Source: an uncultured Nitrospirota bacterium (GTDB lineage: Bacteria > CG2-30-53-67). Taken from it: 64,000 bases of DNA. The notes under the pieces were generated by a model. That model searched no databases. It saw only the letters and a program-made list of their open reading frames with translations, and was not told where the DNA came from. The DNA lies in the NCBI GenBank assembly GCA_964483105.1, contig CAYZZU010000005.1, positions 24,475 through 88,474 of the forward strand, read 5' to 3'. Of the stretch, positions 18,339 through 27,312 are shown in pieces (the first letter of the stretch is position 1; every line of letters begins with the position of its first letter). The position numbers were made by a program, and so were the translations under genes.

Positions 18339-19205
18339 TTAGTCATCATCCAGGCTGTGACACTCCAGACACCCCTTGTTGCTCCTGTTGTTTTCCCAGC
18401 GCATGCTGTTCTGAAAACGGCTGGCATGAGCGTAGTGGCAGGAGAGACAAAACACCCGGGCCCGATAGGTGTCACTCGGATTTCCATCAGGATATTCGAC
18501 CTGGATCAGGCCGGAACCTCTCCGGGACCACCCCTCAAAGTCCGCGTGACGCGCCCCGTAGAGAGGGATTCCGGTGGGATGGCGGACCCACTCTCCGCTT
18601 TCCCTCGTGTTGGTCTCTCCATGGAAATACTCATGACAGGCGCTGCAGAATTCATCCATCCCGGAAATATAGAGATTGTTCCGGTAGTTTGGATCTCCCA
18701 CCGCCCGGACCAGCGTGCTCTTTCCTTGAATTGTTGTCCTCAGGTTTCGGTAATTCCCGTTGTCGTGGGGGTCATGGCAGCTCAAACAGCCGAAATTTTT
18801 CAGGGGGGCTGTTCCACCCGGAGGCATCGATCCGAGAACCGCGTCCGGATGGAGTATGTTGTGTCCCACACCGTCCGAAAAGAGAGTTTCGGTAAAAGAT
18901 CCCGCGGCCAGGGGAGTTGTTCCATTCAGTTCATAGGGAGGATTCAGGTTTGATCGGTCCCTGTCCGCGTCATGGCAGGTGAGACAGACCTGATCCTTGG
19001 AGAGTTCGCTTGTGACAGCGGAGGCATTCGGACGATCTTCTCCTCCCGGCAGCAATTTGTGGCACGCCGCGCAGGGAATCCCCTCATGCATCCCCCAGGC
19101 ATTGCAGACAGGAAGCAACAACAGGACAATCCAGAACAAAATCGGCGGAAAATGCAGGGAATATTTTGTTGAGCGCCTCATGACCCCTCCTTTGCCATGG
19201 CCCAC
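18339..19205 (-). CDS. secreted hexaheme c-type cytochrome, OmcS-like
   Basis: There is a signal peptide (ILFWIVLLLLPVCNAWG). Six CxxCH motifs are present (CAACH, CLTCH, CLSCHDPHDNG, CSACHEYFHG, CLSCHYAHASRF, CLECH). The CxxCHxxFHG motif is shared with the plus-strand paralogs (CSVCHGDFHGG). Confidence 0.7.
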   Translation of the reverse strand: MGHGKGGVMRRSTKYSLHFPPILFWIVLLLLPVCNAWGMHEGIPCAACHKLLPGGEDRPNASAVTSELSKDQVCLTCHDADRDRSNLNPPYELNGTTPLAAGSFTETLFSDGVGHNILHPDAVLGSMPPGGTAPLKNFGCLSCHDPHDNGNYRNLRTTIQGKSTLVRAVGDPNYRNNLYISGMDEFCSACHEYFHGETNTRESGEWVRHPTGIPLYGARHADFEGWSRRGSGLIQVEYPDGNPSDTYRARVFCLSCHYAHASRFQNSMRWENNRSNKGCLECHSLDDD

Positions 19206-19600
19206 GAACAGACCCTGTTCAAAGAAGAGTGCGCACGCCCGTCAAGGGGGGAATGAACCGGTCCTTCCATTCGGTAGTCCCGCTGCCGCAGCGGTTGGAG
19301 AAATGCGGCCGGTGACTTTGCGCCCTGTCCTTTCGAAGCAGGTTGCCTTTTTCGTGGAAGATTCAACGCGTGGTGTTATCTTGCTTTTATCCCATCAAAT
19401 ATCCAATCCATGATCGACCATTCTATCGATTGCTTGCCGATAATGACCTTATCGGAAATTTCAGCGGAATCTTGAATAAATATTATCGGTTTTTCTTGAA
19501 AGCATGGAGACTGGCCGGTGGATGTTGCGGATTGCTGTGGAAGAAGCGGCAGGAGTGTCGGGAGGTCTTCAAGCCAAATGAATTGTAATGGTCCGGGGAA

Positions 19601-20188
19601 TTAAGGCAAATGATACGAATCGTCCATGCCCTGCGCCAGGTCCGGAGGTTCGTTCGTGTTGTTGATCGAGAGATGCCCCTGTCCGGCGGTAAAGTGTGCC
19701 AGGACGGCCTCTTTCAGGATGTGTGATCCGAACGGCTTTCTGAAGAAACGGATCACATCGAGCTTTTCGGCTTCGTGTTCCAGTTCGGGATTATTGGACG
19801 CTGTGATCATGATTGTCGGGGGCATGCTTCTTCTTTTTTTTAATAAGGACAGGAGATCCAGGCCGGTCATGCCGGGAAGGCTATAATCGAGAATCATCAG
19901 ATGAAATTGGATCTTTTCAATAAAACGTATTGCTTCTTCGGCATTTTCCACACATACCGTGGAGCAGTCTATATCTGTCAGGTTCTTGGCGATGGACCAG
20001 CAAAGGAGGCGTTCATCCTCAACAATGAGGACCTTTTTCCTACGATGATCGAAGGCATCGGTAGGAAAGCTATCGACAGTTTGGAAAAAATTCGGCCCTA
20101 ATCCAAGATTCATCAGATCAATCCTGCGTTCGTTTTCTATTCCTGTGAGGATTAGAAAGCAAGATAGGTGCCAAAAGAGAAGGTCCAT
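19601..20188 (-). CDS. single-domain response regulator (CheY-like receiver)
   Basis: The receiver signature is KKVLIVEDERLLCWSIAKNL...MILDYSLPGMTGLDLLSLLKKR, and there is no output domain. The true start is probably an internal Met (for example at 20113). Confidence 0.65.
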   Translation of the reverse strand: MDLLFWHLSCFLILTGIENERRIDLMNLGLGPNFFQTVDSFPTDAFDHRRKKVLIVEDERLLCWSIAKNLTDIDCSTVCVENAEEAIRFIEKIQFHLMILDYSLPGMTGLDLLSLLKKRRSMPPTIMITASNNPELEHEAEKLDVIRFFRKPFGSHILKEAVLAHFTAGQGHLSINNTNEPPDLAQGMDDSYHLP

Positions 20189-20546
20189 CCCGACACCGCA
20201 ACCTATTGAAATATCAAAATAAATATGAAGATAGACTTTGACTGTTCATGGTGGGTGAAAGGATTGTATCATTCTGATACAGATTTTCGCTATGGATGAT
20301 CACGAAATGGCCATCCAATGGAGTGATGTTCGAGTATGAGCCTCATCAAAGACCGGCGATGCTTTTCAAGCAAGTTTTTCATTCAGAAATCCCAACGATA
20401 ACCGAGTTCTATGCATCGGAGTAGCGAAGTGGGCGCCCCTCCTTGACATCCTTGATGATTTGCATTACGTTTCTGGCAGAACCTCTTATTTTTCATATCT
20501 TTTCATGCGGTAAGACAAAGAACCATTCCATTTCTTAAAATATGAG

Positions 20547-23500
20547 ATGAGACCCTTCGGAACACCAAGATCTTTCCGGATCAAAAGAGTTCTCTTCATT
20601 CTGTTTCTGGGGGGAATCTTCGCGGCGCTCCTTTTCTTCTCTCTCTCTTTCTTCCTGAAGAGCCCTGCATTTGTTCATTTGCTCCAGGAGATCCTCTCTT
20701 CCCGACTGGAAAAGAAGATCGAGATCGGATCGATCAGCTTTCCAGGAGACTCCTCAGTGGTCATCCGGGATCTTAAGGTGCGCGACCCCGAAAACGGGCG
20801 TTTCAGTCTGGACATAGCCGGGGTCCGTCTTGTTATCAATTTCCAGGGGATTCTTCACAGGAGAATTGATCGCCTCGACATCCGTTCCCCCAGGATTTTT
20901 CTGCGTCCGTTATGGGGCGGGGGGAGAGGTGGGGCGAAGGTCATGGTTTCTCCGCCGCCCTTTCTGGTGGAATCGATCCGGGTGGAGGGGGGCCACGCCA
21001 TTCTGGATTTGAAGGAGACGACGGTTCAGATGGATTTCCGTATGGGGTCGACTCTTGCGCAAAAGGGCGGCAGATGGAGTGGGAAAATCAATGGGGACCT
21101 GCGCGAAATCCACGCGGGCACACGCAAAGAGCGTTCCGCCGGTGCTTTCCCGGCGGATGGATCGATCGCCGGTTCCGTGGGGGTGACGGGGACCTTCCAA
21201 CGACCTTTCTCGAAAGATCCGGCTTATTTCCTCGAAATCCATGGCGATTCGCTCTCTCTTTTGAATCTGAACCGTTATCTCCTCACTCCCTTGGGGATTC
21301 AATCCCGGGGGATTTCCTGCCGGGGAGAGGCACAAGGGTCACTCCGAATTGAGGGCATAGGACGGAAGAACCTGCGATGGGAGGCCCTGTTTTCCTTCAC
21401 CGACCTGGCATTCCGTTACAAAGGGGTCAACCGGGATCTGCCGAGACAGACGGTCGAAGTCTCTTCCAACGGTTTCTGGGATCGGAGCCGGGACCGCCTG
21501 GATCTGGCTTCACTGAAGGCTGCTTTACCGGGACTGGGTGTTTGGACTCTGAGGGGGGTTGTGCGGAGGATCTCATCGGGAAATCCCGATTTGGGTCTCC
21601 ATCTGACGGGTGAAAAGATCTCCCTTCAAGGGATGAAAAATCTTTTCCCCTCTGTGACGGGATGGACAATCACCGGGAACGGAACCGCGGATTTTGACAT
21701 TACGGGGGATCCTGTCTCACCGATCCTCCGGGGAAGACTGGCATTTCATGGAGACCGCATCCGGTCGGAAGGCCTGTCGATATCCGACTGCGGACTCAGC
21801 CTTCTGGCGCGCTATCGGGAGGGACGGATATCCGTTCATCAGGTTGTGGCGGAAGCCGCGTCGGCCATAGTCCCGGACAGAGAGGGGAAGCGGGTCTGCA
21901 GCGTCCGAAATATCAAGCTTCGGGTTCCGAATCTTACGATTCGTGGAAGAAGAATCCGGGCGGGACGCGTCCTTTTTACGGCGAATCGGATGGCACTCTC
22001 CGGCCCGGGGAAGGATGGTGCCGCCCAGGAGGAAATCCTGCTCACGGGGGACCTGTCAAGTGACCTGGAGAAAGAAGAGGGGAGGATCACCGGAATTTTT
22101 CGTACCCGGACGATCCGCGGGATTTCCTTTGACACCTCTTTGAATTTCAGAAAACCGGTCCTTGTGAGGGGGAGATTTCAGGATCCGGACTTCGACCTCG
22201 ATCCATTATGGAACTTCCTGCGCCGTTTTGTACCTGCGGTTCAAGGGTACACCGTCCGGGGGAAGGGAAGTGTAACCGTTCTTTTCCAATCCACTTTCAC
22301 GGATGGTCTCCCAATCGATTTTCATGGCAGGACCGACCTGAAGATCACGGACGGCGCCTTTTCCTCTTTCGATGCCACACAGGCGGGGGAAGGGATCGCC
22401 CTGGCCCTGTCGGGAGAGTTCGGATACAAGCGACCGGAAAAGGTCATGAATTTCTCGGTTCAGACCCGGGCTTCCGGTTTTGAGCTGCTCCTGGGCCCCT
22501 TTTACGGTGACTTCAAGAAACGGGAAATGGGTCTCTCGGTTGCGGGGGCGTACCGCGAAAAAAAGGATCTCCTCGAGATCACAAAGGGGAATTTCCACAT
22601 CCGGAAGATGGGCGCCCTTCTTTTTGACGGGCGGATCTCCCACATCACGAAGGATCCGAGGTTCCACGCCGAAATCACTCTCCGGGAGCTTGAGAACCGG
22701 CGTGCCTTTGATTTCTTTATCCGGGAGACTTTCCAGGAGAGCTTCCCGGTTCTCTCACGATTGGAACTGGACGGCCGTTCGTCGTTTTCACTTCTTCTTC
22801 AGGGCGGGCGGGAAAAGATCGAGGTAACCGGAACGGTCCAAATGGAAGATCTGGCCGTTCGGGACCCGAAGTCGGGTCTGGACCTTACCGGAGCCCGGCT
22901 CTTCCTGCCGGTTGATCTGTCCTATCCGAAGGCTTTCCAAAGGAAGCCGGTCAGACAGTACGGTGTCTTTTCGATCCGAAGGCTCAACTGGCGGACTTTA
23001 ACGTTTGAGAAGGTGAGACTTTTTCCCGTGATCCGGGAAAACTCCCTCCTGTTCCGGGAGGGGATTACCCTTCCGCTTTTCGGAGGAAAGGTCGTCTTAG
23101 GGGATCTCTCCTACAGGAATCTTCTGAGCCCGGATCGAACACTGAGATTCACCCTGACCGCGTCGGGTATGGATTTGTCCGCAGCCGGTGGGTTCCTGGG
23201 GATGCCATACCTGACCGGCTCCCTGTCCGCGCGAATTCCGCGTGCCGAATGGAAGGGGAAGAGCCTTATGACTGACGGTGAAGTCAACCTGAAACTCTTT
23301 GGCGGGGAAATGAAGATCCGGAAAATTTCCGCGCACGATCTCTTCACTCCGGTGGCTTCCCTTCAATCCACCATTGAGTGCAGGGAGATCGACCTGGGCA
23401 GACTGACCGGGATCTTTGAGTTTGGGCGGATTTCCGGCATTCTGGAAGGAGAAATCAACGACCTGGTTATCAGTAACGGCCAGCCTCAGTCCTTCACCGC

Positions 23501-23858
23501 CCGGATCGAGACGGTCAGGAGAAAAGGGGTGCCGCAACGGATCAGCGTGGAGGCGCTGGAAAAGATTTCAGTCCTGGGATCCGGTTCTTCGGGGGGAATC
23601 CTGACGAGAGGGATTTATCGGTTCTTCAAGGAATACCGGTATCAGAAAATGGGGTTTTCCGGCCGGCTCCGGAACGATCATTTCCTTTTGAAAGGAGTTG
23701 AACGGGAAGGCCGTAAGGGGTATCTTGTGAAGGGAGGTTTGTTGCCGCCGAGGGCCAACGTGATCAGTTACACCCAGGATATTTCTTTCCGGGAGATGGT
23801 GAAACGTCTCGAACGGATTCGAACCATCGACTCCGGAAACGGCCCGACGGTTCGATGA
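20547..23858 (+). CDS. AsmA-family large envelope protein (YdbH/TamB-like), N-terminally membrane anchored
   Basis: The 1103-aa protein has a single N-terminal TM helix (VLFILFLGGIFAALLFFSLSFFL) followed by a long periplasmic region rich in predicted beta structure. The next gene encodes a YnbE/YdbL-like protein, matching the E. coli ydbH-ynbE-ydbL synteny. Confidence 0.45.
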   Translation: MRPFGTPRSFRIKRVLFILFLGGIFAALLFFSLSFFLKSPAFVHLLQEILSSRLEKKIEIGSISFPGDSSVVIRDLKVRDPENGRFSLDIAGVRLVINFQGILHRRIDRLDIRSPRIFLRPLWGGGRGGAKVMVSPPPFLVESIRVEGGHAILDLKETTVQMDFRMGSTLAQKGGRWSGKINGDLREIHAGTRKERSAGAFPADGSIAGSVGVTGTFQRPFSKDPAYFLEIHGDSLSLLNLNRYLLTPLGIQSRGISCRGEAQGSLRIEGIGRKNLRWEALFSFTDLAFRYKGVNRDLPRQTVEVSSNGFWDRSRDRLDLASLKAALPGLGVWTLRGVVRRISSGNPDLGLHLTGEKISLQGMKNLFPSVTGWTITGNGTADFDITGDPVSPILRGRLAFHGDRIRSEGLSISDCGLSLLARYREGRISVHQVVAEAASAIVPDREGKRVCSVRNIKLRVPNLTIRGRRIRAGRVLFTANRMALSGPGKDGAAQEEILLTGDLSSDLEKEEGRITGIFRTRTIRGISFDTSLNFRKPVLVRGRFQDPDFDLDPLWNFLRRFVPAVQGYTVRGKGSVTVLFQSTFTDGLPIDFHGRTDLKITDGAFSSFDATQAGEGIALALSGEFGYKRPEKVMNFSVQTRASGFELLLGPFYGDFKKREMGLSVAGAYREKKDLLEITKGNFHIRKMGALLFDGRISHITKDPRFHAEITLRELENRRAFDFFIRETFQESFPVLSRLELDGRSSFSLLLQGGREKIEVTGTVQMEDLAVRDPKSGLDLTGARLFLPVDLSYPKAFQRKPVRQYGVFSIRRLNWRTLTFEKVRLFPVIRENSLLFREGITLPLFGGKVVLGDLSYRNLLSPDRTLRFTLTASGMDLSAAGGFLGMPYLTGSLSARIPRAEWKGKSLMTDGEVNLKLFGGEMKIRKISAHDLFTPVASLQSTIECREIDLGRLTGIFEFGRISGILEGEINDLVISNGQPQSFTARIETVRRKGVPQRISVEALEKISVLGSGSSGGILTRGIYRFFKEYRYQKMGFSGRLRNDHFLLKGVEREGRKGYLVKGGLLPPRANVISYTQDISFREMVKRLERIRTIDSGNGPTVR

Positions 23859-23952
23859 TCGTGACCCAGCGGATTTCTTGATGTTGGGTCCGGAACGTGA
23901 TAGGCCTGAAGTCGTGGAAATGACCGGAGAATCCATGAGGGAGGAAGAAACC

Positions 23953-24561
23953 ATGAAGAACAGAGGAATGCGTTTCGCGGTGGTTCCTTCGCTGCTTGCC
24001 GCGGCGGTTGTGATGTCCTGCGTGACCATCAATATCTATTTCCCGGCAGCCGCCGTGGAAAAGGCGGCCGATCGGATTGTGGAGGAGACCTGGGGAGAGA
24101 AGACCCCTCCCCCCGAAAAGAAAAAGATTCAAAAGGAGGGTTTCCTCGCTCCCCGTCGATGGTTCCCGTTCCTCCGGGTCGGGGTTGCCGCTGCCTGGGC
24201 GCAGGATGCGGATATCAACGTGAGCACGCCGGGGATTCGGGCATTGAAGGAGTCGATCCGGAAACGGGCCGGGGCGCTCAAACCGTATCTGGATCGAGGA
24301 AACGTGGGGATTACCCGTGATGGCCTGCTTGTGATGCGTTCGCCGCGGGGGATCGGTCTCCGGGAAAAGGCCACCCTGGCCCGCCTGATCAAGGCGGAGA
24401 ACAGCGACAGAATGCGTCTCTACAGGGAGATCGCCAGGGCGAACAATTTCAGCGACGATCGGGTTCCCGATATCCAGAAGATCTTTTCCGGGAGTTGGAT
24501 CCGTCAGGCCAGGAAGGGATGGTGGGTACAGGAGGGGGACGGGAAATGGCATGCAAAGTGA
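23953..24561 (+). CDS. YnbE-like lipoprotein segment fused to (or read through into) a DUF1318/YdbL-like periplasmic domain
   Basis: A GGGAGGAAG ribosome-binding site is present. The signal and lipobox (AAAVVMSC) is followed by TINIYFPAAAVEKAADRIVEE (compare YnbE ITINMNVKIEHE). The C-terminal half (LDRGNVGITRDGLLVMR...AENSDRMRLYREIARANN...WVQEGDGKWHAK) resembles YdbL as recalled from memory. Confidence 0.4.
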   Translation: MKNRGMRFAVVPSLLAAAVVMSCVTINIYFPAAAVEKAADRIVEETWGEKTPPPEKKKIQKEGFLAPRRWFPFLRVGVAAAWAQDADINVSTPGIRALKESIRKRAGALKPYLDRGNVGITRDGLLVMRSPRGIGLREKATLARLIKAENSDRMRLYREIARANNFSDDRVPDIQKIFSGSWIRQARKGWWVQEGDGKWHAK

Positions 24562-24580
24562 CGGAGGAGAAGGGTCGGGC

Positions 24581-26089
24581 ATGAACAACCGTCTGGTTAT
24601 TGTCGGAGCGGGCCGAATCGGATCCGATCTCTTGGGTCGTCTGGCGGAGAAATTCGAGGTCACCGTAGTCGACCTGAAAGAAAATGTCCTGGATCCCTTC
24701 CAGGACCGCTCGTGGGCACGCAATATCCATCTGATTCAGGGGGATGCCACCAGCCGTCTGGTTCTGGAGGAGGCCCGTGTCCATGACGCGGACATCGTTC
24801 TGCTCACCTGCGCTCGGGAAGAGATCAATCTTGAAACGGCTCGCGTGTTGCGTGAAAACTTTTCCATTTCCCGGATCATCTCCGTCGGGATTACCACCGA
24901 GGGAATCGAGGAGCTGAAGCGACTGGAAGTGGAGGTGGCGAACATCTTCCTGGCCTCCTCACACAGCATCCTGAATCTCATCGGAAGCGGGACGCGGGTT
25001 CCCCGGGAGATCGGAACGGGAAAGGGCGAGATCCTCGAACTGACGGTCCATCCCCGTTCCCGGCTGTTGTATAAACCGCTGGAACGTCTCGTTCCGATCA
25101 ACTGGCGGGTGGGGTTGATCTACCGGAACGGCGGGATGCTGGTTCCGGACGGGAAAACGCGCCTCATGCCTCAGGATCGAGTGATTCTGATCGGAGATCC
25201 CTCCGTCGTCAAGACCGTGGCGGAACTGCTGACCTTCAGCACGCATGACTTTCCCCTGGAGTACGGGACCCTCGCGCTGATTTTCATCCAGGGGGTTGAA
25301 AACGAATCTTATTTTTCCGAAGTGGAATATCTTCTGAATGCCCTTCCGTTCCGGGAGGTGGTCTTCATGTTGTCACCGGCTGTGCGGGATCCGGAACGTT
25401 TTCATCCTTTTTTTGCCCGGATCCCTTATTTGCATACGATCCATTCCACGACCGAGAAAGACCCCTGGAAAGCGATCCTCGGTTCGGCCGGGATCCTGCA
25501 TTATAACTGCGGGCTGATCATCGGAGATCGAGAGGTGCTGCTGGGCGCTCCGAAACGGCTTCCTTACCGGATCCGGCGGATCCGTTCGATCGAGAAGACG
25601 TTAGCCCAGTTCTACGCCCCGATTCTATTCTCTTCAGGAACCTTTCCCTATGAGCGGATTGTCATGCCGGCCTTGCCGGCCTACCCTGTGAAACCGCTGT
25701 TGGAAACCGCGCTGGAGGTATCAGGGCAGTTGCATGCGGAACTCTCTCTGTTGTTCTCCCCTCCCTCCCGCTACACGTCCGGTGAAGAGGAACGGGCGGA
25801 GTTTAACCGGGTGAAGAAAACGGTATCCGGGATGGCCCTTCTGTACAAACGCAAGGTTCAGACAATCACGCTCGACGGCAATCCCGTGATTGAGGTCACC
25901 CGTGTGGCTCGGGAACAGAACCTGCTGGTGCTCGAATCGGGGGGGAAGGCGGGAAAGGGAGTGCTCCATGCCGTCCTGAATCCGGATCCGGTCGTGCATC
26001 TCCTGGCCCGGTCTCCTGTTTCGATCCTGCTCCAGCCCCCTGAATCCATTCGGAAACCGGGTTTATCCACCCGTGGGAAAAAGGAATGA
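24581..26089 (+). CDS. TrkA-like RCK-domain protein (TrkA-N NAD-binding plus TrkA-C) with an extra C-terminal region
   Basis: The Rossmann motif is LVIVGAGRIGSDLLGRL and a TrkA-C-like segment follows. The start is set at MNNRLVIV. Confidence 0.7.
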   Translation: MNNRLVIVGAGRIGSDLLGRLAEKFEVTVVDLKENVLDPFQDRSWARNIHLIQGDATSRLVLEEARVHDADIVLLTCAREEINLETARVLRENFSISRIISVGITTEGIEELKRLEVEVANIFLASSHSILNLIGSGTRVPREIGTGKGEILELTVHPRSRLLYKPLERLVPINWRVGLIYRNGGMLVPDGKTRLMPQDRVILIGDPSVVKTVAELLTFSTHDFPLEYGTLALIFIQGVENESYFSEVEYLLNALPFREVVFMLSPAVRDPERFHPFFARIPYLHTIHSTTEKDPWKAILGSAGILHYNCGLIIGDREVLLGAPKRLPYRIRRIRSIEKTLAQFYAPILFSSGTFPYERIVMPALPAYPVKPLLETALEVSGQLHAELSLLFSPPSRYTSGEEERAEFNRVKKTVSGMALLYKRKVQTITLDGNPVIEVTRVAREQNLLVLESGGKAGKGVLHAVLNPDPVVHLLARSPVSILLQPPESIRKPGLSTRGKKE

Positions 26090-27312
26090 GTCACGATCTA
26101 TTCACCCTGCTTGCGATCGTCGCGGGAGGAGCCGCCATTCCTCTGGTCGCCCGCCGGTACCAGATGCCCACGGCGGTGGTGGAGATTCTGTATGGTTCGG
26201 TCCTGTTTCACACGCTTCTTCATGAAAAACCGGCATGGCTCGATTTTTTACAGGAGGTGGGGTTTGTTTATTTGATGTTTACGGTTGGCATGGAACTCGA
26301 TCTTCGGGTGCTCCTGAAAACCCCCCGCTGGAAATGGTTTCTGCTGAGCCCGTTGATCTCCTTTGTTTTTCTGCCGCTTTTCGCTTATCTGCTTGGGCTC
26401 CCCGCTTTTTTAGGAGTGGCGGTCTCCATGGTCTCCGCCGGAATCGCCATTCCCGTGCTCAAAGAGATGAATCTGAATCAAACCGATTTCGGGTTTTCGG
26501 CCATCGCCATGGCCCTGACCGGGGAGCTTCTTTCCATTGCCGTCCTCACCGGGCTGGACCTGTACCATCGCAGCGGCCTTTCTCTCCTTTTTCTCATTGA
26601 GCTCTTGAAACTGACAGTTTTCCTCCTGGCCGCCGGTCTGGGACTGAAACTGATCTATCTGTTCGCCTGGTGGTATCCCGGGAAGGTCGAGCGAATCATG
26701 GAGAGCCAGGACCCGGTGGAAGAGGGCATCCGGTTTGTCCTCGCCATTGCCTTTGCCGGTGCCGTGCTGGCGGGTTTGGCCGGAGTGGACGCGATTCTCG
26801 GGGCCTTTATGGCCGGAACGATCTTTAATCATATCTTTACCTACAAAGGGGTATTCCATGAAAAGGTCGATGCCATCGGTTACGGTTTCCTGATTCCGCT
26901 TTTTTTTATCGGAATCGGCGCGGATTTCAACCCCTTGTTCTTGTTGGAACCGTTCAACGGGAAGATGGTCCTGATTCTTCTGGCTATGCTCCTCCCCGCG
27001 CATCTCTATCCAATCCTGCTGAACAAACCGCTGGGGTTCCGCTTCCGGGAGTCGTTGTCGGTATCTCTTCTGCTTTCGGCTCCTCTCACCCTTCTGATCG
27101 CCGCGGGCGAGATCGGCCTCCGCCTCGGTATGCTTTCGCCTTCGCAAAAGTCCGCGCTCGTGGCCAACGCGGTGATCGCCGGCCTCCTGTTTCCCTTCCT
27201 GTTCAGGAAGTGGGGCCTTCCAGATATTCACGGGCGCGCAGAACCGAATCGAGATCACCGCAAAGGGCGATCAGATCCTTCCGGTATAGACGGGTCTTGC
27301 CGTGGGGGATGA
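26086..27312 (+). CDS. cation:proton antiporter, Na+/H+ exchanger (CPA) family membrane protein
   Basis: The protein is polytopic with about 12 hydrophobic helices and has a Kef/NhaP-like composition. The ATGA is translationally coupled to the upstream TrkA-like gene. Confidence 0.7.
   Translation: MSHDLFTLLAIVAGGAAIPLVARRYQMPTAVVEILYGSVLFHTLLHEKPAWLDFLQEVGFVYLMFTVGMELDLRVLLKTPRWKWFLLSPLISFVFLPLFAYLLGLPAFLGVAVSMVSAGIAIPVLKEMNLNQTDFGFSAIAMALTGELLSIAVLTGLDLYHRSGLSLLFLIELLKLTVFLLAAGLGLKLIYLFAWWYPGKVERIMESQDPVEEGIRFVLAIAFAGAVLAGLAGVDAILGAFMAGTIFNHIFTYKGVFHEKVDAIGYGFLIPLFFIGIGADFNPLFLLEPFNGKMVLILLAMLLPAHLYPILLNKPLGFRFRESLSVSLLLSAPLTLLIAAGEIGLRLGMLSPSQKSALVANAVIAGLLFPFLFRKWGLPDIHGRAEPNRDHRKGRSDPSGIDGSCRGG

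Noticed and set aside
20480-20500. A TGGCAG-containing sequence upstream of the AsmA-like gene, considered as a sigma54 promoter.
   Set aside because: The GG-N10-GC spacing is not satisfied; the -12 position is TA rather than GC.
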